Shown here: positions 55,602 through 64,000 of the stretch, piece by piece | How positions within the stretch are numbered: the stretch's first letter is position 1 | Layout: the number at the start of each line of letters is the position of its first letter | From: Minisyncoccota bacterium | Lineage (GTDB): Bacteria > Patescibacteriota > Minisyncoccia > Phycocordibacterales > JBAYGS01 | Length of the DNA stretch: 64,000 nt | Direction: 5' to 3' | Assembly: GCA_041666545.1 (NCBI GenBank) | Contig: JBAYGS010000001.1 | Coordinates: forward strand, 89,942-153,941 | Position numbers and translations under genes: made by a program | The notes under the pieces: generated by a model | Told to the model about the DNA's origin: nothing | What the model saw: only the letters and a program-made list of their open reading frames with translations | Databases searched by the model: none

Positions 55602-56729
55602 ATGAAAATTCTATTTACAGGCGGCGGTACGGGCGGACACTTTTACCCAATCATCGCCGTCGCTGAAGCCCTTAACAAAATTGCCAAGGATGAGAAACTG
55701 CTAGAGGCCAGTCTGTACTTTATGTCGAATGCGCCTTACAACGAACGCGCTCTGCTCGATAATCAAATCACCTTTGTCCAAAGTCCGGCCGGCAAAGTCC
55801 GACGCTATTTTTCACTGTTAAATTTTTTTGATTTGTTCAAAACAGCTTTCGGGGTTCTCAAGGCCACCATCATTATTTTTAGAATTTTTCCTGATGTTAT
55901 TTTCGGTAAAGGTGGTTATACCAGTTTTCCGGCACTCTTCGCCGGCCGACTGCTCGGTATTCCGGTCATGATCCACGAGTCAGACAGCTCGCCGGGCCGA
56001 GTCAACAAATGGGCAGGGAAGTTCGCCAAGCGAATTGCCGTCTCATATCCCGAAGCCGGTGAATTTTTTGACCAAGAAAAAGTTGCTTACACCGGCAACC
56101 CCGTTCGAGCCGAGATTGTCACCCCAACCACGGCCGGAGTTTTCGAATATTGGCAATTTTCACCGACCCTGCCGGTCATCATGATTCTCGGCGGTTCACA
56201 GGGCGCTTCCGCTATTAATGATGTCATTTTGGATGCCTTGCCAGATTTATTGGCCAGCTACCAGATTATTCATCAGACCGGCAAGGAGAAATTTGAGGAG
56301 GTCAGGGCTACTGCCGAATCAATTCTCAAGGACAATACTTACAAAAATCGCTACAAGCCATTACCTTATGTAAACGACTTAGCAATGCGAATGGGCGCCG
56401 GCGCTGCCAAGCTGATAATCTCTCGAGCCGGTTCAACAATTTTTGAAATTGCCATTTGGGGAATTCCAAGTATCATCGTGCCGATACCGGAGTCAATTTC
56501 CCACGACCAGAAAAGCAACGCTTTCGCTTATGCCAAAAGTGGGGGAGCGTTAGTCATTGAAGAGGAGAATTTTTCCACCCACTTGCTAGTTTCCGAAATT
56601 AACCGCCTATTTGGGAACCCGGGTATTTTAAAAAATATGTCGATAGGCGCCAAAGCTTTTGCTAGACCCGACGCCGCCGATAAAATCGCCCGAGAACTTA
56701 TTCGAATTGGTCTCTCCCACGAAAAATAA
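55602..56729 (+). CDS. murG: MurG glycosyltransferase
   Basis: GGGTGGH, GGY, GNPVR, GGSQG, SRAG, Q..NA. Confidence 0.95.
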   Translation: MKILFTGGGTGGHFYPIIAVAEALNKIAKDEKLLEASLYFMSNAPYNERALLDNQITFVQSPAGKVRRYFSLLNFFDLFKTAFGVLKATIIIFRIFPDVIFGKGGYTSFPALFAGRLLGIPVMIHESDSSPGRVNKWAGKFAKRIAVSYPEAGEFFDQEKVAYTGNPVRAEIVTPTTAGVFEYWQFSPTLPVIMILGGSQGASAINDVILDALPDLLASYQIIHQTGKEKFEEVRATAESILKDNTYKNRYKPLPYVNDLAMRMGAGAAKLIISRAGSTIFEIAIWGIPSIIVPIPESISHDQKSNAFAYAKSGGALVIEEENFSTHLLVSEINRLFGNPGILKNMSIGAKAFARPDAADKIARELIRIGLSHEK

Positions 56730-56781
56730 TCTAACCGGCAGGCAGCCTTAAAACTACGCGATTTTCTGCTATAATAGATTT

Positions 56782-58146
56782 ATGACTAAGACTTCAAATA
56801 CGAAGCCAGTTGTTCGTTTTGCACCATCACCAACCGGACTTTTTCACATCGGCAGTGCCCGGACCGCGCTTTTTAACTACCTTTTTGCCAGGCACAATCG
56901 GGGCCGTTTTCAGATCCGAATTGAAGACACGGATAAGGAGCGATCGGAAGCCAAATACGAGAAAGAAATTTTCGATTCCTTGGCCTGGCTCGGGCTGGAA
57001 TTCGACAATCAAGACAAGGTCGTTCGCCAATCCGAAAGAACCACGATTTACCGTGGCTATCTGGAAAAAATGATTGCCGATGGAACAGCCTACATTTCCA
57101 AGGAAGCCCCCAAGGAAGGCGGCCGGGCCGAAGTAATTCGTTTTAGAAATCCGGGCGAGAAGATTACCTTCAACGACGAAATCCGAGGTGAAATTACTTT
57201 TGACACTGCTGAGCTCAAGGATTTTGTCATTGCCAAAAGCTTGGATGAACCGATTTTCCATTTGGCGGTGGTAGTCGACGATTTCGAAATGGGCGTCACC
57301 CATGTCATTCGAGGTGAAGACCACATCTCAAACACACCAAGGCAAATTTTGATCCAAAGGGCCATTGGCGCCCCTCAGCCAATTTATGCCCACATTCCTT
57401 TAATTCTAGCTCCGGATAAATCCAAACTTTCCAAGCGCAAACATGGCGAGAGCGTCTCCTTGAGTTATTTTAAAAATGCCGGCTACCTGCCGGAAGCCAT
57501 GCTTAACTTCCTGGCACTTTTGGGCTGGGGCGCCGATGCCACCAAGGAAATTTTTACCAAAAGCGAGCTGATTGAAAAATTTGCGCTCGAGAAAGTAAAC
57601 AAGGGTGGGGCAATTTTCAACCTCGAAAAGCTAAACTGGTTAAACAAAGAGTACCTGAAACTGGAAATTAGAAAACCTGATTTCGAGCCAACAACCTATT
57701 TGCCGACAGAAATTCTGGAAGGTAAAAGCCCCGCCCAAATTAAGTTGATTTTCGAGACGATTTTCGAGCGAATCCAGGTTTGGGATGACATTAAAAAAAT
57801 GCTCACCTCAGGCGAGATTAATTACTTAAAATCCGACCCTAAATATGACGGAGAAAAATTGATTTGGAAGGGGAGTGACGCCACGAGAACCGCTCAAAAC
57901 CTCGAGCAAATCCTTGGTCTCATTCGGCCGATAGACGAGAGCGATTTTGCAGATAAAGACCGACTAAGGACTGCCGTTTGGGATTACGCCGAGAAAACTG
58001 GGCGCGGGGCGGTCCTCTGGCCAATGCGCTTTGGCTTGACTGGCCTGGATAAATCACCCGACCCCTTTAGTGTTGCCGCCATGATTGGCAAAACCGCGAC
58101 TGTAAGACGGCTGGAGGAAGCGGTTCGAATTCTAAGTCTGAAATAA
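56782..58146 (+). CDS. gltX: Glutamate--tRNA ligase
   Basis: RFAPSPTG.FHIG, RIEDTD, IRGEDH, KLSKR. Confidence 0.95.
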   Translation: MTKTSNTKPVVRFAPSPTGLFHIGSARTALFNYLFARHNRGRFQIRIEDTDKERSEAKYEKEIFDSLAWLGLEFDNQDKVVRQSERTTIYRGYLEKMIADGTAYISKEAPKEGGRAEVIRFRNPGEKITFNDEIRGEITFDTAELKDFVIAKSLDEPIFHLAVVVDDFEMGVTHVIRGEDHISNTPRQILIQRAIGAPQPIYAHIPLILAPDKSKLSKRKHGESVSLSYFKNAGYLPEAMLNFLALLGWGADATKEIFTKSELIEKFALEKVNKGGAIFNLEKLNWLNKEYLKLEIRKPDFEPTTYLPTEILEGKSPAQIKLIFETIFERIQVWDDIKKMLTSGEINYLKSDPKYDGEKLIWKGSDATRTAQNLEQILGLIRPIDESDFADKDRLRTAVWDYAEKTGRGAVLWPMRFGLTGLDKSPDPFSVAAMIGKTATVRRLEEAVRILSLK

Positions 58147-58154
58147 CTGCCAAA

Positions 58155-59435
58155 ATGAAGACGCTTGTTTCCAGAATTCTAATTTCAGTTTCGATTCTTG
58201 CCGTTTTTGGATTCCTGGCCTCGCCATCTCTGGGAGCCGAAATTGACGATCTCAAGGCCAAAATTGCCGAAAAAAATCAGGCGATTTCAGATTTGGAAAA
58301 GGAAATTGAGACTTACCAGAAACAAATCAACGAAGTCGGTGACAAGGCCAAGACTCTGCAAAATTATATCAAGACCCTAAACCTAACCATCACCAAACTA
58401 AACCGCGATGTCGCCCTGACCGAAACCCAAATTGCCGCTACCGGCTATACCATCAATCAGCTGACACTAGAGATTAAAAAACAGCAAGCGAGCATTGAGA
58501 CCAATACCGAGGCGGTGGCAAAAATCTTACGGGAAGTCGACCGCAGTGAGGGCCAATCAATGGTTGAGGCGGCTCTTATTTACAACAGCTTCAGTGAAGT
58601 CTGGAACGATATCGAAGCCTCAAACCGACTGCAAGAAAGTGTGCGTGAAAAAATCAATCAGTTGATCGCCACCAAGGCCGACCTTGAATCCAAAAGGAAA
58701 TCCCAGGAAGCCGAAAAGGACAAACTCGGCAAGCTCAAAAACAATCTCTCCGGTCAAAAGCAGGTTGTAAACCAGAACAAGGCTGCCCAAAATAATTTGC
58801 TAATTGCCACCAAAAATCAGGAGTCCGAATATCAGCGCATCCTAAAGGATAAACTGGCAAAAAAGTCCGCTTTCGAGGCCGAGTTGTTTGCCTTTGAGTC
58901 GCAGTTGCAAATTGCGATCGACCCTTCAAAATTACCCTCAGTCGGGACTGGAGTACTTAAGTGGCCAGTCGACAAGGTCTTAATCACTCAATATTTCGGC
59001 AACACTGATTTTGCTTCAAAGAATCCTCAAGTCTATAACGGTAAAGGCCACACCGGCATAGATTTCCGCGCCTCAATCGGCACAGCCATCAAGGCTGCCG
59101 GCGCCGGAAAAATCACCGGAGTAGGGGATACCGACTTGATTAAAGGTTGCTACTCGTATGGTCGCTGGGTCATGATTGACCACAACGACGGTCTCTCTAC
59201 TCTCTACGCCCATCTTTCGGTAATTTCAGTAAGACAGGGACAAACCGTGAATACCGGAGATATTATTGGCTATAGTGGCAGTACCGGCTATGCGACCGGA
59301 CCCCACTTACACTTTGGTGTCTATGCAACACAGGGTATAAGAATTGTCAAGTACGAGAACAGCCTCAACTGCAAAAACGCAATCGTTCCGATTGCTGACC
59401 CGAAAGCATACCTGAATCCGTTATCCTACTTGTAG
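58155..59435 (+). CDS. Secreted coiled-coil M23 peptidase
   Basis: Signal peptide, long coiled coil, HTGID, YAHL, GPHLH. Confidence 0.9.
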   Translation: MKTLVSRILISVSILAVFGFLASPSLGAEIDDLKAKIAEKNQAISDLEKEIETYQKQINEVGDKAKTLQNYIKTLNLTITKLNRDVALTETQIAATGYTINQLTLEIKKQQASIETNTEAVAKILREVDRSEGQSMVEAALIYNSFSEVWNDIEASNRLQESVREKINQLIATKADLESKRKSQEAEKDKLGKLKNNLSGQKQVVNQNKAAQNNLLIATKNQESEYQRILKDKLAKKSAFEAELFAFESQLQIAIDPSKLPSVGTGVLKWPVDKVLITQYFGNTDFASKNPQVYNGKGHTGIDFRASIGTAIKAAGAGKITGVGDTDLIKGCYSYGRWVMIDHNDGLSTLYAHLSVISVRQGQTVNTGDIIGYSGSTGYATGPHLHFGVYATQGIRIVKYENSLNCKNAIVPIADPKAYLNPLSYL

Positions 59436-59475
59436 GCTTGTTTTTAGTGGCTTTTATTTTGTATAATTACACTCA

Positions 59476-59814
59476 ATGAATATATTCAATTTTCCCAGGA
59501 ATCGAGGTCTAGTTAGAACCGTTCTCATCGTTCTGGTTGCAATTCTGGTCTTAAGCTACTTTCATATTGATATCAAGGGCATAGTTGAGTCACCGCTAGC
59601 CCAAAATAACTTAGGCTATGTCTGGGGTATCGTCACCAATGTGTGGAATAACTACTTATCACAGCCGGTCACTTATTTTTGGAACAATATCTTTATCGGA
59701 ATACTCTGGGAGAGTTTTACCGGAGCGCTTGGCCACATCAAGAATGGCGAGCAGCCACAGCTCAATACTTCAGGACCAAATGTCGATCTATTAAATACTG
59801 CCGGGGCCAACTAG
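59476..59814 (+). CDS. Hypothetical membrane protein
   Basis: N-terminal TM; TATAAT just upstream. Confidence 0.6.
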   Translation: MNIFNFPRNRGLVRTVLIVLVAILVLSYFHIDIKGIVESPLAQNNLGYVWGIVTNVWNNYLSQPVTYFWNNIFIGILWESFTGALGHIKNGEQPQLNTSGPNVDLLNTAGAN

Positions 59815-59947
59815 GCCTCGGTTTTCGTTTTTGTAATATGTACAAATCCGGTTCAGGGATTTATTAATGTACAAAAGATATATTGTGCGACACATAATCT
59901 AAAGCGAGACGATGCGTGTCCACCTTTTGACCCCCCTCCCCCAATAA

Positions 59948-59976
59948 TTGACAGTGAGAGGTTGATATGCTATAAT
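59948..59976 (+). promoter_or_regulatory. Consensus sigma70 promoter
   Basis: TTGACA-17-TATAAT. Confidence 0.8.
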
Positions 59977-59998
59977 TGCTCAAGAAAGGAATCTAGCT

Positions 59999-60340
59999 GT
60001 GAGTACTATTATCTTGCTCGGAAGCTATATCGGACTATCCGACTTCATTTTCGATGTCCAATGCAATGGATCACCTATCGCAGAATCGGAAGCTCGCGCG
60101 ATGGGCCTAATGGACGACAACACTGCTCGTCGCCATGCCCGCTCTAGCTATACTCGTGATTGGTATAGAGTAAAGCCAGGTGACCAGGTGCAGGTTCACT
60201 GGCAGGATGACGAACGGAACATTAAGACCACATTCGTCATTCTGACAGATCTTCCGAACCCACCACAGAGCCCAGACCACGAGAGCACTGGCATGCGGCT
60301 CTACGAGTACCTTAAAGCCAACTGCGAGCGCGTTCAATGA
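59999..60340 (+). CDS. Hypothetical protein
   Basis: Consensus promoter, GAAAGGA RBS, GTG start, downstream hairpin with T run. Confidence 0.6.
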   Translation: MSTIILLGSYIGLSDFIFDVQCNGSPIAESEARAMGLMDDNTARRHARSSYTRDWYRVKPGDQVQVHWQDDERNIKTTFVILTDLPNPPQSPDHESTGMRLYEYLKANCERVQ

Positions 60341-60460
60341 GGAGATCTTCAATCTGGAGGTCTCCTTTTTCTTTTGATACATTGTATTTCCGGAATAATT
60401 AAAACCCCTCAACAAATAAATTCGTTAAGGGGTTAAAAAGTAATCGATCGGTGTTATGGC

Positions 60461-60781
60461 TCACCGCCGTCGGCGAATTTTTTTGGCTTCCGGCCAAATC
60501 TCAAATTCCCTACTCATGTAGGGCCGGCACAACTTCAGGATTTCACCAAAGGTTTTCTTTAGGGCCAAGGTCTCAGTTTGAGCTCTGGCGAGCAAGGCCG
60601 AAAGCTTAATGCGACCTCGCTTTCTATCACCTTTGGACTGTCGGCCGAGCTCTTTGGCCAGGGCCTCGAGAATCAAAGGCTGTTGATCATATCTGAGCCG
60701 ACCAATGGCTTCACCGAGAATACTGTTTGATTCAAGTGCGCGACCGGGAACTTCAACCGGGTGAACTTTTTCTCGATTCAT
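60461..60781 (-). CDS. Hypothetical protein
   Basis: AAGGAG RBS; IG.LRYD..D..RGR.KL motif. Confidence 0.6.
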   Translation of the reverse strand: MNREKVHPVEVPGRALESNSILGEAIGRLRYDQQPLILEALAKELGRQSKGDRKRGRIKLSALLARAQTETLALKKTFGEILKLCRPYMSREFEIWPEAKKIRRRR

Positions 60782-60932
60782 AAGAACTTCTCCTTAAATA
60801 ACCCTACCAGAAAACAAAAACCTCCGCGAGTGGCGGAGGTTTTTGTTTTCCTTATCCATATTCCAGTCATACAATTTACTCACGACCGCGAGTAAATTGT
60901 ATGACTGGAAAACTGGATTTCTTTTAATTGAC

Positions 60933-61385
60933 TTAGTTTAGTTTCGCGATGAGCGGAGCCGAAGCGGCTACCGACTGTTTCCAACATGGTTTAGACGAAG
61001 CCCAAGGCCTGGTACCTTCTTTCTCATAGAGCCACTTGGCATAGGCCAGGTTGCCGTCAAGAGTTTTGATGTCAAAGCCCATTTCTTTGGCCTGCTTGGC
61101 ATGATAGAACTCATTAATCTGCATCACGCCCACATCGGCTCGGTTGACCTCGCCACGGAGAATCCTGCCATCTTTAGTAAGTTGCCGATAAGTCGATTCG
61201 CACTTGGCGATCTCGGCCATAATCGGAGCATCTTTGAAGTATTCCTTCACATGATCCTCCAAAGTAATCGGGCTTACAATCGCCTGCGGTTCAGAGCTTA
61301 CCGAAGCAATCCCCTCGGCCGAAGCGACCGGACTGCCGTACAAAGTTGAGACTAAAAGTGTCAAAGTGGTTGCAAGTTCAATCAT
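60933..61385 (-). CDS. Secreted lysozyme-like/lytic transglycosylase domain protein
   Basis: IAKCES, D.GVMQIN, N..YAK.LY...G..PW..S..CW. Confidence 0.8.
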   Translation of the reverse strand: MIELATTLTLLVSTLYGSPVASAEGIASVSSEPQAIVSPITLEDHVKEYFKDAPIMAEIAKCESTYRQLTKDGRILRGEVNRADVGVMQINEFYHAKQAKEMGFDIKTLDGNLAYAKWLYEKEGTRPWASSKPCWKQSVAASAPLIAKLN

Positions 61386-61630
61386 ATATTTTAGTTTATA
61401 GTGAGTGGTTAGTAGTTTGTAGTAAAGCCACAAATATTCGAGGAAATCTCACCTTGTTTCGTTTTAGAGAAACAAAAACAGAGCCGAAGCTCTATTTGCA
61501 ATAGTTTAGCATATTCGTGGGCACTTGTCAATACTAAACAACGGTCAGAACCTTGTGTCAAATGCCAAAAAATGGCTTAATGAAGCCATTTTTTACTTGA
61601 CAGCCGGCCGAAGTCTTTGGATAAAAACGG

Positions 61631-62233
61631 CTAGGATTGGCCGTTTTTGAGCCATGGGATTGGATATTGTCCAAAGTCTTCGAAAAACGGCCTGTTATAT
61701 AGCAATCTGGAAAGGGCCTCTGCCTCCCACTTCGCCCCATTGATTCCGATGTGGGGTTTCGGCTCGGCCGGAATTCCGATATAAGCCATTATTTTATCCG
61801 AATTCAAATCTGTCTTTTTGTCCTTAATTGGAAGCCTGATTCCCCTTTTAATCATGTCGGCGAGGCAAATTGAGTGCAAATCGATTGTACGATGATGCAG
61901 TGGCGCGGTCATATGAGCTCTCCTAGCCCCCGCCACAATAAAAGCCACATCAAGCGACGGGTTCTCCCCCGCTACCGTGTACTCTTCGGAAGCTTGCGCC
62001 CAATCCAGAAAGTCCTTCACGATCTCGGCCTCAGATTTCTTCTTTGGATCAACAATCTGCTCTTTAGTAAAACCGTTAACCGCCAGAGCCTCGCCATCAA
62101 TATGGGCACCGTCCCAAATCCGACATTCTTCATAAAATTGCCTTTTTGAATTACTAAAATCGACTGCCCCAATTGAGAGAAGTGAGTGCTTGTCCGGATT
62201 TAAACCTGATGTTTCAACATCAACGACAATCAT
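61631..62233 (-). CDS. DEDDh 3'-5' exonuclease (DnaQ/RNase T-like)
   Basis: VDVETSG, N...D, IDL, H....A..E. Confidence 0.85.
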   Translation of the reverse strand: MIVVDVETSGLNPDKHSLLSIGAVDFSNSKRQFYEECRIWDGAHIDGEALAVNGFTKEQIVDPKKKSEAEIVKDFLDWAQASEEYTVAGENPSLDVAFIVAGARRAHMTAPLHHRTIDLHSICLADMIKRGIRLPIKDKKTDLNSDKIMAYIGIPAEPKPHIGINGAKWEAEALSRLLYNRPFFEDFGQYPIPWLKNGQS

Positions 62234-62293
62234 TTTAAGAGTATATGGTATTAAGTATAAGGTATGCGGTATAAGAATCAAAGAAGACAAAAT

Positions 62294-62551
62294 CTAATCA
62301 TGGAACCAGTGACCAATTTTCTTTTCGATTTTCTCCTCAATAATTGAGATCCTTGCGTGGAGACCAGAAAATTTTTTTCGCCAGTTATGCCACCGAGTCT
62401 TAAAAGGGTCAGAAACTAGGGATAAAATAAATAGACCAAGCAAAATAAAAATTATCCCCTGAAGAAACGGCAAAAGAAGCCCCGCAGCACCGACCAAAAT
62501 GAGGCCGATCGCCACAACCTGCCAAGCAATTTTTTTGAAATTCTTTTTCAT
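62294..62551 (-). CDS. Small membrane protein (PGPGW/DUF454-like)
   Basis: G..LILVG..GL.LP.LQG..FILLGL. Confidence 0.6.
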   Translation of the reverse strand: MKKNFKKIAWQVVAIGLILVGAAGLLLPFLQGIIFILLGLFILSLVSDPFKTRWHNWRKKFSGLHARISIIEEKIEKKIGHWFHD

Positions 62552-62592
62552 TCAATAAGGAAATCTCTGGTGAGTCTAAACCATTTGAACAA

Positions 62593-63666
62593 TCACTTTT
62601 GTCCTCCGCCCTTACCAGTTAGTTTTTCAATCCGCTCTTTCCGCTTATACCAGCCGTTTTGCAAAAGCACTCCATTACTCTTGGCATATTGTTCTGCTTG
62701 TTCAAAAAGCATAAGTGCCTCATCATTCCTGCCCGCCTCGGAAAAGTCGGCAAAATCCTGAAATAGCACACTAAGGTGGGTCATGTGCTTCCGAATCCGA
62801 CGCTCTTCAAAACCACCAGGTTGGTCAGTGCCCTTTCCTGAATAAATTGTAGCATTTGGAAACTGTTCGCCGACAGCCCAAAGGGCGGTCAGTATCGTAC
62901 CACCCTTATCAATCATATCATCAACAACTACGACTGTTTGCATAGTATCATCGGCGTCATCAGATTCAAAAACTGCTTTTTTCTTTTCCTTATCGACAGC
63001 AATTGCAAAAGTATTTACAGTGAGAGCCTGGTCAGAATATCTTTCGACTAGTTTTTTAACAACCTCAACATAAACACTTCCGCCGCTCAAAATTCCACCA
63101 ATCTTTGTATTTTTAAGAAAAAACTTCTTTATTGCATTCACACTAAGATCATTTGTACCCAACAGAAACTCTTGCAACACATACCGTGTTTCCTCCTCCG
63201 TCAATCTGTGATTCGGGTTTTTCAATGATTGACACTTTTCTTCAACCCTGACCAGCATATCGTCTACCGCCCTAAACAGATTACCTATCGAAAATTGGGG
63301 AGGAAGATCATGTGCCGAGCCTGCGCCTGTGTCCTGATAATCATCCCGCATTTTCCGCAATGTCTCCAAAAAATCAGGGTTAACCGATGTTGGCTTTTCG
63401 CTAATTGCTTGATCAAGAATTACATCGGCCATTCTGCTAGAGAATTGATGCGCTTTTCTTAGATGACTCTGGCACTCGGCAAAATCCTGATCTGCCAGTG
63501 CTTGCGTTCTAAATTTCCGCAAGATTACAATCCCCTCCTGCAGTCTCCGTTCATTCTCCAATCTAAGCTCATTTTCTTGCTCGGAAAGTGGTGACCTCTC
63601 ACGCTTCCTAAAATTGACATGGCTACCACCAAGCATCGCTTCAAAATTATCTGGTCTAGAAAACAT
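62593..63666 (-). CDS. Phosphoribosyltransferase-domain protein
   Basis: VVVVDDMIDKGGT PRPP-binding loop. Confidence 0.7.
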   Translation of the reverse strand: MFSRPDNFEAMLGGSHVNFRKRERSPLSEQENELRLENERRLQEGIVILRKFRTQALADQDFAECQSHLRKAHQFSSRMADVILDQAISEKPTSVNPDFLETLRKMRDDYQDTGAGSAHDLPPQFSIGNLFRAVDDMLVRVEEKCQSLKNPNHRLTEEETRYVLQEFLLGTNDLSVNAIKKFFLKNTKIGGILSGGSVYVEVVKKLVERYSDQALTVNTFAIAVDKEKKKAVFESDDADDTMQTVVVVDDMIDKGGTILTALWAVGEQFPNATIYSGKGTDQPGGFEERRIRKHMTHLSVLFQDFADFSEAGRNDEALMLFEQAEQYAKSNGVLLQNGWYKRKERIEKLTGKGGGQK

Positions 63667-63907
63667 AAATTTAATTCACTGTAACAATTCAACTGCGGGA
63701 TGCCGGGATATTTGATCCTTACAGGATCAGAGCCTATGGGTTAGGGAGAAAGTGCGCCAGGATTTGAAACTTACAGTTTCAGTACCCCTGTTGGATAAAT
63801 TTTTCGCCCGCAACGGACTCAAATTTATACTCAACAGGGCTTCAAATCCCGGGCGCATGTGCTCCCCAGCACATGCTCATCCCGCCAATTCTCACTTCGT
63901 TCGACTT

Positions 63908-63926
63908 GTCGGGATGCCGGGATTTG
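63908..63926 (-). other. tRNA-Pro-like 3'-end fragment (att-like remnant)
   Basis: Minus strand CAAATCCCGGCATCCCGAC matches T arm plus acceptor 3' strand; partial second copy at 63696-63709. Confidence 0.5.
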
Positions 63927-64000
63927 GCTACTACATAGCCAGGTGCTTTTCCATCTCGCAGACTCGATAAGGAAAAGCCTTTCACATCCCGGATGTGAGC

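Noticed and set aside
1-64000. Alternative genetic code (UGA read as Gly or Trp)
   Set aside because: Genes are intact in code 11 and TGA ends genes before terminators (for example 5738-5740); the tRNA-Trp anticodon is CCA.

Overview
Bacterial chromosomal segment whose gene content and order (compact housekeeping blocks, alpha2-type GlyRS, short AspRS, many apparently leaderless genes, heptamer-rich intergenic DNA) suggest a Patescibacteria/CPR (Parcubacteria-like) genome using code 11; this taxonomy is inference. The backbone comprises frr-rseP, proS-mreBC(D)-pbp2-greA, a single-chain PheRS, lysS, glyQS, trpS, aspS and scpAB-dac-mraY-ftsW-murG-gltX. Accessory highlights: (1) a cassette array at 30.4-40.4 kb whose segments are delimited by synonymously diverged, displaced copies of the 3' end of a histidine-kinase gene; it carries an unannotated graspetide-like precursor plus ATP-grasp ligase, two toxin-antitoxin pairs, and an island with two truncated AlaRS paralogues, a radical SAM enzyme and an aldo-keto reductase; (2) two T-box riboswitches, one with an ultrashort K-turn Stem I (AAC/Asn specifier) before aspS and one before an uncharacterised GNAT-like gene in a locus with tRNA-Trp, an M14 deacylase and a Zn-ribbon TrpRS paralogue; (3) a PP2C-kinase-vWA (TerY-P-like) triad; (4) a four-helix-bundle gene flanked by inverted heptamer repeats between ftsW and murG. 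All calls are by eye from motifs; no searches were run.
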